A DNA stretch of 64,000 nt, taken from positions 1 to 64,000 of IMG/VR virus record IMGVR_UViG_3300037067_006949, one strand, 5' to 3'. Below the pieces are notes generated by a model. It was not told the DNA's origin. It did not search any database and saw nothing but the letters and a program-made list of their open reading frames with translations. Position numbers and translations under genes: made by a program. The stretch comes from a virus. Its lineage: Duplodnaviria > Caudoviricetes. Below, piece after piece: positions 56,399 through 64,000 of this stretch (positions are counted from its first letter, which is position 1; each line of letters begins with the position of its first letter).

Positions 56399-56472
56399 GG
56401 ACTTATAGCTCAATGGTTAGAGCGTCCGTCTTATACGCGGCAGGTTTGGTTGTTCGAGTCAACCTAAGTCCA
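56399..56472 (+). tRNA. tRNA-Ile(TAT)
   Basis: GGACTTA/TAAGTCC; TAGCTCAATGGTTAGAGC; loop CTTATAC; GGTTG-TTCGAGT-CAACC; A73. Confidence 0.85.
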
Positions 56473-56494
56473 CAATAACAATAAGGATAATGAT

Positions 56495-57124
56495 TTGACA
56501 AATATCGTGGCGTTCTCCGATCTGCATGGTCAATATAGCAAAAAATTAACAAGATGGTTCAATGAACATCCGGCAGATATTTTATTGTTTGCCGGAGATT
56601 TACAACTAAATGGCTATGATGATGGGTCATTCTTTTTGCAATGGCTGAATAGTTTACCTTACAAACATAGGGTTATGATTTTTGGGAACCACGATGGCAA
56701 CTATGATTATACAATGGAAGAAGCTAAAAAATACACATCTATTCATATTCTAAATAATGAAAGTATCATTGTTGATGGAATAAAAATTTGGGGATCACCA
56801 TATTCAGTTCAATTTGGAGAATGGTGGTTTATGAAACCGGATAATGAATTATATGATATATATAAAAATATTCCCGATGATACTGATATAGTAATGACGC
56901 ATACTCCTGCATTTGGCGTATTAGATAAAACTATTGATGGAATAAATGCCGGAAGTATACAATTACGTTTTCGGATTGACGAATTGAACAATCTTAAATA
57001 TCATGTGGCGGCGCATATTCACGAAGGTTACGGAATGGAAAAGGGAACTGCCACGTTTATTAATTGTAGCATTCTTGATGAAAAATATAGATTAGTAAAT
57101 GATCCTGTGATGTTTGAAATTTGA
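56495..57124 (+). CDS. Calcineurin-like metallophosphoesterase
   Basis: SDLHG; AGD; GNHD; THTP; HIHE. Confidence 0.9.
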   Translation: MTNIVAFSDLHGQYSKKLTRWFNEHPADILLFAGDLQLNGYDDGSFFLQWLNSLPYKHRVMIFGNHDGNYDYTMEEAKKYTSIHILNNESIIVDGIKIWGSPYSVQFGEWWFMKPDNELYDIYKNIPDDTDIVMTHTPAFGVLDKTIDGINAGSIQLRFRIDELNNLKYHVAAHIHEGYGMEKGTATFINCSILDEKYRLVNDPVMFEI

Positions 57125-57151
57125 CATGAAATTGTATTTTTATGTAAGTTT

Positions 57152-57231
57152 ATTGGGCGGCGTGGCGCGACACGTAGTGGCGGAGTTCCGATCAAACCAC
57201 CGTGCTTCTCAGGTTGGAATCCTGACCCAAT
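57152..57231 (+). ncRNA. tRNA-like structured RNA
   Basis: ATTGGG/CCCAAT acceptor-like stem; TCAGG-TTGGAAT-CCTGA T-arm; extended central hairpin; no normal anticodon arm. Confidence 0.5.
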
Positions 57232-57237
57232 CAAATT

Positions 57238-57307
57238 GCTCCGATAGTTTAAGGGAAGAACCTACTTTTACTAGTAGAGATGGGCGTTCGGTTGCGCTCT
57301 CGGAGCA
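57238..57307 (+). tRNA. Degenerate tRNA (Val(TAC)-like, 6-nt anticodon loop)
   Basis: GCTCCGA/TCGGAGC; CTACT-TTTACT-AGTAG; GGGCG-TTCGGTTG-CGCTC. Confidence 0.5.
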
Positions 57308-57989
57308 AATTGAATAAAATCATACTTTTAAGTAAAAATCAAGGACATAAATGAATACGGTTGTATATGAATGTGGTTGCAGTATTTCATACAGTATGTA
57401 CGGAGATAAAGAGGTGCTTGAGGCTCATATGTGCGATCAGCATTCAAGAAAATATCCGAATATATTAGAAATAATTGCCAAGGTGATTAGAGAAATTCAT
57501 GCTTAAATTTATTATTTTAAACAAAAAAAATAAAAAAGGAGAAATATGTTAACAGTAAAAGTAAATATGGATAGTTTTTATTTTATGGAGGAAACTCCCT
57601 TTGTCCAGGTATTTGACAAATATGGAATGAATCCGTATATATCATATCAGTCTTCGCGTTCAAAGTATTTCAGAGAAGTAAAAGATGGCGAAATAACCAT
57701 TATGAATTCCAACGGGATTAAAATTGACGAAATTGATTTAAGAAAAGATAGCGATGGCATTCCCAAAGAAACGCCAGCTAAGGATGCATAAAAAAATGAA
57801 ATTAGTTGACATATCAGAATACAAAGATGACGGAATAATTTGGGATAATATCGCTGGTTATCCTATCCCATATATTTTTGTAAAACCCCAAGATATAGCT
57901 GACCCAATTGATGAGCGATTGATTACGATTTCTAAATTGCGAATTGAAATAGAAAATTTAAAAGACGAACTAAGGCGAAGAAGGAGAAA

Positions 57990-58394
57990 ATGGTGAACGC
58001 ATCAGAATTAGCAGAAAAAATGTTACTATGGGAAAGGAACAGAAGGTCGCTTGATGAACTGGAAAAAGAAATTCAAGAAGAAGTTTTAAAACTTCAAAAA
58101 ACACAAGTTGTTGGCGGATGTAGAGTAACATTCTCTGGCGGAAGAAATACCTATGATTATGAGACCGCCGGAAAAACAGCGCCTAAAGAAATTATTGAAA
58201 AGCATTCTACTGTTGTTGAAACAACTGATTGGAAGAGCGTTGTAGAACTAGCGAAGGTCGATCCCGATATTATTGAAGAATGCACAGTCAAAACAACCAA
58301 TGTTGATTACAAAGAGGTTTGCAAGGAATCTAAAATTGCTCCGATTATCTTATCAACAACCCCTCCGTCCGCATCAGTTAAATTGGAAAAATAG
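57990..58394 (+). CDS. Hypothetical protein with internal duplication (YDYE/TDWK/VDYK repeats)
   Basis: 134 aa; AAGGAG RBS. Confidence 0.6.
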   Translation: MVNASELAEKMLLWERNRRSLDELEKEIQEEVLKLQKTQVVGGCRVTFSGGRNTYDYETAGKTAPKEIIEKHSTVVETTDWKSVVELAKVDPDIIEECTVKTTNVDYKEVCKESKIAPIILSTTPPSASVKLEK

Positions 58395-58426
58395 TATAGA
58401 ATGCACATTTTAAGTTAAGGATTAAC

Positions 58427-59002
58427 ATGATTATTAAAGTATTAGAAGAACATGGATATCCAAGCGCAGCCCTAGGATTTTCTTTATCATACAATAGCGG
58501 ACTTGAAAGAGCAATGGAACTTTTGCCTAAATTTGCCTTTGGTAAATCTGGAGAAACAAAATTCCTTGAATCAATATATGTTTGGCTGGATGTAACTGCG
58601 CCGATTTTCATGTGGTCTGAAATGGATACATATCGTATCTCCACGAAACAGTCGGAAAGCACTATGCACACATTGACGAAACGTGTGTTGACACATGAAG
58701 ACTTTGAATGTCCAATATCAGATAACCTCTTGGAAGAGTTAAATCACGCAATCCATATGTACAAAACATGTCCAGCCAGCGAAACATTTGCAGAAGAAAA
58801 AAGAAAAATATTTCTTTTGATAAAAAATAATCTTCCATCTGGATTTCTTCAGAGAAGAATTTGGGTTATAAATTATCGAACTCTTCAAAATATTTATAAT
58901 CAGCGTCATGATCATAAACTTCCACAATGGCGTTATTTTTGCGAACAAATACTTGTTCAGGTAGAACATCCAGAATTTATACAGGAAAATTATGTGGCTT
59001 AG
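58427..59002 (+). CDS. ThyX-like (flavin-dependent thymidylate synthase fold) protein
   Basis: AP...W.E.DTY; SESTMH; LP.GFLQ.R....NY.TL.NIY.QR..HKLP.W. Confidence 0.65.
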   Translation: MIIKVLEEHGYPSAALGFSLSYNSGLERAMELLPKFAFGKSGETKFLESIYVWLDVTAPIFMWSEMDTYRISTKQSESTMHTLTKRVLTHEDFECPISDNLLEELNHAIHMYKTCPASETFAEEKRKIFLLIKNNLPSGFLQRRIWVINYRTLQNIYNQRHDHKLPQWRYFCEQILVQVEHPEFIQENYVA

Positions 59003-59231
59003 TTGGATCGCATCTGGACTCACACTGTTAGGAAACATTATTCTTATAGGCAATAAAAGTTGGAAATCATTCGTGATCTTTGCAATCGGTAATGCTATGT
59101 TTTCATATTACTGGTTTATAAGGGAAGAATGGGCAACTTTTGTTTTAGTGTTGGTGTTTCTTGCCCAAAATGTTTGGGGTTTGATCAAATGGAGAAATGA
59201 GTCTAAAAGGAGAGGAGCAATCAAAATATAG
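58992..59231 (+). CDS. Small membrane protein (PnuC-like)
   Basis: Three hydrophobic segments; WG...W. Confidence 0.5.
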   Translation: MWLSWIASGLTLLGNIILIGNKSWKSFVIFAIGNAMFSYYWFIREEWATFVLVLVFLAQNVWGLIKWRNESKRRGAIKI

Positions 59232-59305
59232 AAATTATATAGGTTATTATTGTTGAAATTTGTAGTTGAATATTATATTTTGAAATTATAAAGGAGAAAC
59301 AAAGT

Positions 59306-60247
59306 ATGGCTGAATTTTTAAAAGCAACAAAGGGCAAGAAACCTGTTCGATTAGTTCTAGGAGGCCCGTCTGGTTCAGGAAAAACATATACCGCATTAAC
59401 GTTTGCAAAATACTTACAATCCATTACTGGTAAACCTACCGCGGCAATTGACACAGAACATTATCGTATGAGCTTGTATGCTGACAAATTTGATTTCGAT
59501 GTAAACAATTGGGAGCCACCTTTTGATCCGCGAGAATTGATTAAAACTATTCATGACGTAGAAAAGGCGGGATATGGTCAATTAATTGTAGACAGCAGTA
59601 CACACTTCTATAATTCTACTGGTGGCTTATTGGAGATTGTTCAGGATGCCGCGAAACAAAAATATGGTGGCAATCAATACGCAGGATGGGCTGTAGGGAC
59701 TCCAATTCAGGACGCTTTGATTGACGCAATTATTCGATCCCCTATTCATATGATCTTTTGTACTCGCGCAAAACAGGCATATGTTGAATCGGAAAAAAAT
59801 GGAAGAAAAACATATGAAAAGGCAGGAATGGAGCTTCAGCAAAGAGACGGTTGGGAATTTGATTTTGATTTCAGTTTGATTATGGATATGGACAATAATG
59901 CGAACGTTGCAAAAGGCATGGGGTATGTTCCAACCGGAGCGTACATCAAGAAACCAGACGAAAAAGCTATTGAGAAAATTATGAAATCAATCAGCGAAAA
60001 CACAACTGAAGAAGTGGCTATTCCTCCAGTGAAGTTTGTTGCGCCAAAACCAGAAGAGGTTTTGAAAGCAACTAAGACGAGCGTTGTTGAAAAATGTGTT
60101 TCTTTGGGCGGAAGCAAAAATGAAGCATTAATGGAAATTGTAAAATCATTTGAGCCATCTGGAAACCCAAACAAAATCAAGGACATCAATGTTCTTAATG
60201 AATTATTGGTTAAGTTATCAGAACTGGAAAAGAAAGGAATTGAATAA
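59306..60247 (+). CDS. AAA_24 ATPase, Sak4-like recombination protein
   Basis: GPSGSGKT; IDTE; VDS.TH; C.RAK; QRDG.E..FD; adjacent to SSB. Confidence 0.85.
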   Translation: MAEFLKATKGKKPVRLVLGGPSGSGKTYTALTFAKYLQSITGKPTAAIDTEHYRMSLYADKFDFDVNNWEPPFDPRELIKTIHDVEKAGYGQLIVDSSTHFYNSTGGLLEIVQDAAKQKYGGNQYAGWAVGTPIQDALIDAIIRSPIHMIFCTRAKQAYVESEKNGRKTYEKAGMELQQRDGWEFDFDFSLIMDMDNNANVAKGMGYVPTGAYIKKPDEKAIEKIMKSISENTTEEVAIPPVKFVAPKPEEVLKATKTSVVEKCVSLGGSKNEALMEIVKSFEPSGNPNKIKDINVLNELLVKLSELEKKGIE

Positions 60248-60633
60248 TGTCATTAAATATTAGTGATACACAAAGGGTTTCAGTTTGGACTATCGAAGAT
60301 CGTGAAAAGTTCGCTCTTGTTCAAATGTCTAGCTCTCGTAAAGATAAACAATCTGGAGAATACAAGAACACAAGTTGGGCATATGTTCGTTTTGTCGGAA
60401 CGGCGTATAGCAAAATTGCAACCGATGGTCTTGTACATGGGGATCGCATTGTTCTGAAGGGCGCAACCATTTCACAAGAACCATACTTGGTCGATGGGGT
60501 AAAAACATATCCGAAATATCCGCAAATCGTCGTTTTTAATTGGGAACATTATGTGCCCGATGGAACACAAGCGCCAAGCGGTATTGATGCGCCTCCACAA
60601 ATTGAGGAAGAAGACGAAGGGCTTCCGTTTTAA
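60247..60633 (+). CDS. ssb: Single-stranded DNA-binding protein
   Basis: SRKDKQ.GEY OB-fold; acidic tail ending in LPF. Confidence 0.8.
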   Translation: MSLNISDTQRVSVWTIEDREKFALVQMSSSRKDKQSGEYKNTSWAYVRFVGTAYSKIATDGLVHGDRIVLKGATISQEPYLVDGVKTYPKYPQIVVFNWEHYVPDGTQAPSGIDAPPQIEEEDEGLPF

Positions 60634-60660
60634 CATAAAATAATGCTTTTAAGTGAAACA

Positions 60661-60686
60661 ATAGGGGAAGAGAAATCTTCCCCTAT
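60661..60686. terminator. Hairpin/terminator
   Basis: ATAGGGGAAGA-gaaa-TCTTCCCCTAT. Confidence 0.6.
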
Positions 60687-60714
60687 AAAAAATATTATGA
60701 AGAAGGGAACATGA

Positions 60715-62646
60715 ATGCTTATTGAAAAAGAGCTTATTCTTGCCTCAAAAGAAAAACTTGGCGAAGATGCAGCAAGGATTATTGCAAAGGATTTAAACCT
60801 ACAACAATGGGATGACGAAAATTTAAAAGCGTTATGTTGTTTTCATCAAGAAGATAGTCCAAGTATGATCTGGTCACACAAAGATAATGCCTTTAAGTGC
60901 TTCGGTTGTGGAAGGCGACTCGGCATTATAGATCATTACATGCAATTCTACGGATTGACATATGTTGGCGCTGTAAAGAAATTGTTTGAAGTCACAGGAC
61001 AAAAATATTCGTTCGGTGAACATGGGGTAAAAACACAAAGGGATTACGTCTATCCCGTTTATGAAAAGTCAGAAGATAGAAGTGCCGTTGAAAAGTATTG
61101 CAAAACCAGAAAGATATCAAAAGAAACACTTGACTATGCAGACGTTCAGCAAGATAAAAATGGCAACGTAGTTTTCAACTTTTATGACGTAAATGATGTA
61201 TTAACTCTTGTAAAATACAGACCTTCTAGACCAGTAACAAAAAAAGAAAATAAAAGCTGGTGTCAAGTCGGAGCAGACACCTCTCCGATTCTTTTTAACA
61301 TGAACAGAATTGACTTTACCAATGGCGCACTTTTAATTTGTGAGGGAGAGTTTGACGCCCTATCAGCAATCGAATCTGGATATAAGAATGTTGTAAGCGT
61401 TCCTCTTGGCGCAAACAATTATGGGTGGATCGAAACAAATTGGGAATGGCTCGAACTGTTCGACAGGATCATTGTATGGTCTGATTCGGATGAAGCCGGA
61501 CTTAAAATGCGTAAAGAAGCTTGCTCCAGATTGGGGGTTTGGAGAACTCTTTATGTTGATCCCCCCACAAAAATAACGCTGGATGATGGAGTCGAAAAGA
61601 AAGTCAAGGACATCAATGAGGTCTTATTTTATTGCGGAAAACAAAAGGTTCTTGATCTGATAAATGAAGCCAAAGAGTTGCCAATTGAAGGCGTAAAGGA
61701 TTTGGCTTCTGTTGAAGATTTTGATATAGAAAAAGCGCCAGGCTTATATTCTGGACTCAAACCTATTGACGATGTTGTCTATAAATTTCTATTTGGAAAT
61801 ACTATTGTGGTTACTGGCAAAAGAGGTGCGGGAAAATCAACCTTATTGAACCAGTGTTTTATATGTGAACCATTGCAACAAAATTATGACGTATTTATTT
61901 TCAGTGGTGAAATGGGTGCTCCAGTTTTAAAAAGTTGGGTAGAGCTTACCATGGCTGGATGCGAAAAAGTTAAGATGAAAGGTGAGTTTATTCATATTAT
62001 AGACCCAATCGCCAAAAGTCAAATAAAAGAATGGTACACAGGAAGAACGTGGATTTATGATCATCCAAGCAATAAAATAGAAGATGTACTAGAAAAGGCA
62101 ATAAGCGTAACCAGAAAATATGGCGCAAAAGTGTGGTTGTTAGACAACCTATCAACAATTGATCTCGGAGCCAACGACAACAATATGTTGGAAAAACAAA
62201 GAGGGCTTATCGTAGAAGTCAACAGACTTGCCAAGTTATATGACGTTCTTGTGGTGCTGGTTGTACACCCAAGAAAGCTACCTGCTGGTCAGGAGATAGA
62301 AGGAGACGACGTTGCTGGCAGCGGTTCTCTTGGAAACTTGGCGCAATATATGATGTCCGTAAAAAGATTTTCTGACAAAGAAAAGGCTGGAGAAAGAGAT
62401 GGCAGGGGAAACTTAAAAAAAGGTAAAGAGCCATTTCAAGAGGATGTTGAGGTAAATATTCTTAAGAATAGATTTACTGGAAGAATAAAGGCAGTTAAAT
62501 TATTCTTCAACTATAAATCATATAGGTTCTTTTCGAATGGCGCAGAATTGTTTAAGAGATATAAATGGAATAAAGATACGTCCCCTATGCCAAAAATAGA
62601 AGATGAGGACGAAAGGTTTGCAATGCCGGAAGCTTTTAATGAATAG
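60715..62646 (+). CDS. T7 gp4/Twinkle-like DNA primase-helicase
   Basis: CC.H...C..C Zn finger; TOPRIM EGEFDA and DSDEAG; Walker A GKRGAGKST; DNL; VHPRK; KNR. Confidence 0.92.
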   Translation: MLIEKELILASKEKLGEDAARIIAKDLNLQQWDDENLKALCCFHQEDSPSMIWSHKDNAFKCFGCGRRLGIIDHYMQFYGLTYVGAVKKLFEVTGQKYSFGEHGVKTQRDYVYPVYEKSEDRSAVEKYCKTRKISKETLDYADVQQDKNGNVVFNFYDVNDVLTLVKYRPSRPVTKKENKSWCQVGADTSPILFNMNRIDFTNGALLICEGEFDALSAIESGYKNVVSVPLGANNYGWIETNWEWLELFDRIIVWSDSDEAGLKMRKEACSRLGVWRTLYVDPPTKITLDDGVEKKVKDINEVLFYCGKQKVLDLINEAKELPIEGVKDLASVEDFDIEKAPGLYSGLKPIDDVVYKFLFGNTIVVTGKRGAGKSTLLNQCFICEPLQQNYDVFIFSGEMGAPVLKSWVELTMAGCEKVKMKGEFIHIIDPIAKSQIKEWYTGRTWIYDHPSNKIEDVLEKAISVTRKYGAKVWLLDNLSTIDLGANDNNMLEKQRGLIVEVNRLAKLYDVLVVLVVHPRKLPAGQEIEGDDVAGSGSLGNLAQYMMSVKRFSDKEKAGERDGRGNLKKGKEPFQEDVEVNILKNRFTGRIKAVKLFFNYKSYRFFSNGAELFKRYKWNKDTSPMPKIEDEDERFAMPEAFNE

Positions 62647-62654
62647 GAGTAAAT

Positions 62655-63437
62655 ATGGACGAATTTTATAAGATGGTTACTGACAACATGGTGTACTCTT
62701 TTTCGTCCGTAAGCAGCTTCAAAACATGTCCTCTCATGTTCAAGTTTACGTACATTGATTCTGAAGATCGTAGTAAAAATTGGTATGCGGATTTTGGATT
62801 GTTGATGCATGAAGTCCTTGAAAGATATTTCAAAGGAGAATTGGACATTATGGAATTGTCTACCTTCTATGAAGAGAACTATTCTAAATTTGTCACTTCT
62901 CCTCCTCCGCCCTATCCGGCAGGAATTGCTGTAAGATATTATGAGGACGGTCTGGAATTTTTAAACAACTTTGATTTCAATAAAGACAACTATGATATCA
63001 TAAGCATAGAAGATAAGATAGAAACAACATTTAATGACATAAAACTTGTAGTCAAGCCAGACTTGGTTATGCGAGAAAAATCTACGGGAAATGTGATACT
63101 GTTTGATTACAAAACATCTAATCCGTTCAAAGATAATAGACCCGACAAAAAGAAAATAAAAGACTACGTTAATCAAACATACTTATATTCTTATTTTATA
63201 AATCATACCAAGGATATAAAGATAAGCAAAATAAAACTATGGTTTGTAAGGATCAATAAGTGGTATGAATTCGATTACAATGAAGAAGAAGCCGGAAACG
63301 TTGTAAACTGGTTCTATGATGGAATCTTAAATATAAGATTTGAAGAAAACTTTGATCATTGTGATGTAGAAAAAAACAAGTTCTTTTGTAGTCAATTATG
63401 TTCGTGTAAAAACTATTGTGATTATTGGATAAAATAA
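62655..63437 (+). CDS. PD-(D/E)XK nuclease, Cas4/RecB-like
   Basis: SFS....F..CP; G...H..LE; PDL...DYKT; Q...Y; C-terminal Cys cluster. Confidence 0.85.
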   Translation: MDEFYKMVTDNMVYSFSSVSSFKTCPLMFKFTYIDSEDRSKNWYADFGLLMHEVLERYFKGELDIMELSTFYEENYSKFVTSPPPPYPAGIAVRYYEDGLEFLNNFDFNKDNYDIISIEDKIETTFNDIKLVVKPDLVMREKSTGNVILFDYKTSNPFKDNRPDKKKIKDYVNQTYLYSYFINHTKDIKISKIKLWFVRINKWYEFDYNEEEAGNVVNWFYDGILNIRFEENFDHCDVEKNKFFCSQLCSCKNYCDYWIK

Positions 63438-64000
63438 TGTATTACTTTAATGATTTGACTGGTCAACGCTTTGGAAAATTATTGGTCATAGAAAGATGTG
63501 AGAATAAGCAATATAAAAATGAAAGAAGCGCCACTCAATGGACTTGCATTTGTGACTGCAATATTGAAAAATTTATTAAAATTACATCCAATGAATTCAG
63601 AAGAGGAAGGACAGATTGTGGATGCGAAAAGAAAATGCAAAGGAAGTGCTATTATGTTCATGGAATGTATAAATCTAGATTGTATAGAATTTTTTATTTG
63701 ATGCTTCAAAGATGTAACAATAAAAAAACAAAATCTTATAAAGATTATGGAGAAAGAGGAATTAAGGTATGCGATGAATGGTCTAAAAAAGATGGCTTTA
63801 TGGAGTTTTATAATTGGTCTATAGGTAATGGATATTCAGAAAATTTAACGATTGACAGAGTTGACAATGACATGGGATATTCTCCAAATAATTGTAGATG
63901 GATTACGAAAGGAGAACAACAGCTAAACAAAAGAAACTCAATCACTATTGAATATAAAGGTATGAAAAAAACCATAAAAGAATGGGCAAAAATATACGAC
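63437..64000 (+). CDS. HNH homing endonuclease, truncated by the window edge (MYYFNDLTGQRFGKL...)
   Basis: Manual translation: W.C.CDC; M.QRC; YG.RGI.VC.EW; TIDRVDN..GYSP.NCRW; not in the supplied ORF track. Confidence 0.85.
   Translation, partial: MYYFNDLTGQRFGKLLVIERCENKQYKNERSATQWTCICDCNIEKFIKITSNEFRRGRTDCGCEKKMQRKCYYVHGMYKSRLYRIFYLMLQRCNNKKTKSYKDYGERGIKVCDEWSKKDGFMEFYNWSIGNGYSENLTIDRVDNDMGYSPNNCRWITKGEQQLNKRNSITIEYKGMKKTIKEWAKIYD

Larger units (their letters stand above)
14103..60653 (+). repeat. Dispersed 20-bp quasi-palindrome (C/A)(A/T)TA(A/G)AA-N6-TTTTA(A/T)G, about 48 copies here plus one at 2756 on the minus strand
   Basis: Starts at 14103,14434,15692,16600,18311,18600,19396,19763,22698,22939,24080,24267,25312,25528,26217,28571,29137,30703,32138,34487,34790,34981,36301,36741,36768,37335,37778,38383,41977,43039,43291,43962,44623,46915,48147,48999,49945,50405,50425,52612,52839,53170,53422,54797,55707,57313,58395,60634. 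Confidence 0.9.

Noticed and set aside
14103-60653. 20-bp motif as CRISPR repeats or intrinsic terminators
   Set aside because: Copies are separated by whole genes at irregular distances; the stem is A/T-only with no U-tail, and genuine GC-stem terminators are present elsewhere.
60715-62646. Intein in the primase-helicase or the RNAP
   Set aside because: Lengths are normal and no C/S...HN splice motifs or LAGLIDADG blocks were seen.
482-63709. Numerous antisense or nested ORFs in the track (e.g. 982-1221, 3848-4108, 34117-34581, 59836-60189, 63498-63701)
   Set aside because: They are shadows of well-supported genes on the other strand or frame, without RBSs or recognisable motifs.

Overview
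A 64-kb segment of a large, AT-rich (roughly 30-33% GC by eye) tailed-phage genome with SPbeta-like architecture. The left arm (1-10 kb, minus strand) carries virion-type genes, including one split by an ORF-less group I intron, plus a tyrosine recombinase, an HNH endonuclease, an HU-like protein and a YonO-type single-subunit RNA polymerase. An AAA_25 ATPase follows, then a repeat-rich, largely non-coding zone (11.4-14.4 kb) that is a candidate origin or terminus. A ~45-kb plus-strand array of more than 100 mostly small accessory genes comes next, with host sigma70-type promoters, tRNAs/ncRNAs, an RNA ligase, DNA-modification enzymes and a second tyrosine recombinase. The window ends in a recombination/replication module (Sak4-like ATPase, SSB, primase-helicase, PD-(D/E)XK nuclease, HNH). 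The most notable unexplained structures are: (1) about 49 copies of a polarised 20-bp quasi-palindrome (wTAAAA-N6-TTTTAwG) at gene boundaries, suggesting an integron/pdif-like cassette system or a genome-wide operator; (2) a 922-bp circularly permuted segment apparently integrated through a 10-bp microhomology, splitting two genes reciprocally; (3) three copies of a covarying three-way-junction/pseudoknot RNA upstream of genes; (4) a probable -1 programmed frameshift producing a membrane-anchored cell-wall enzyme; (5) strand-specific ATAACAG enrichment at the start of the accessory array. All counts are manual and all family assignments come from motif recognition, not database searches.
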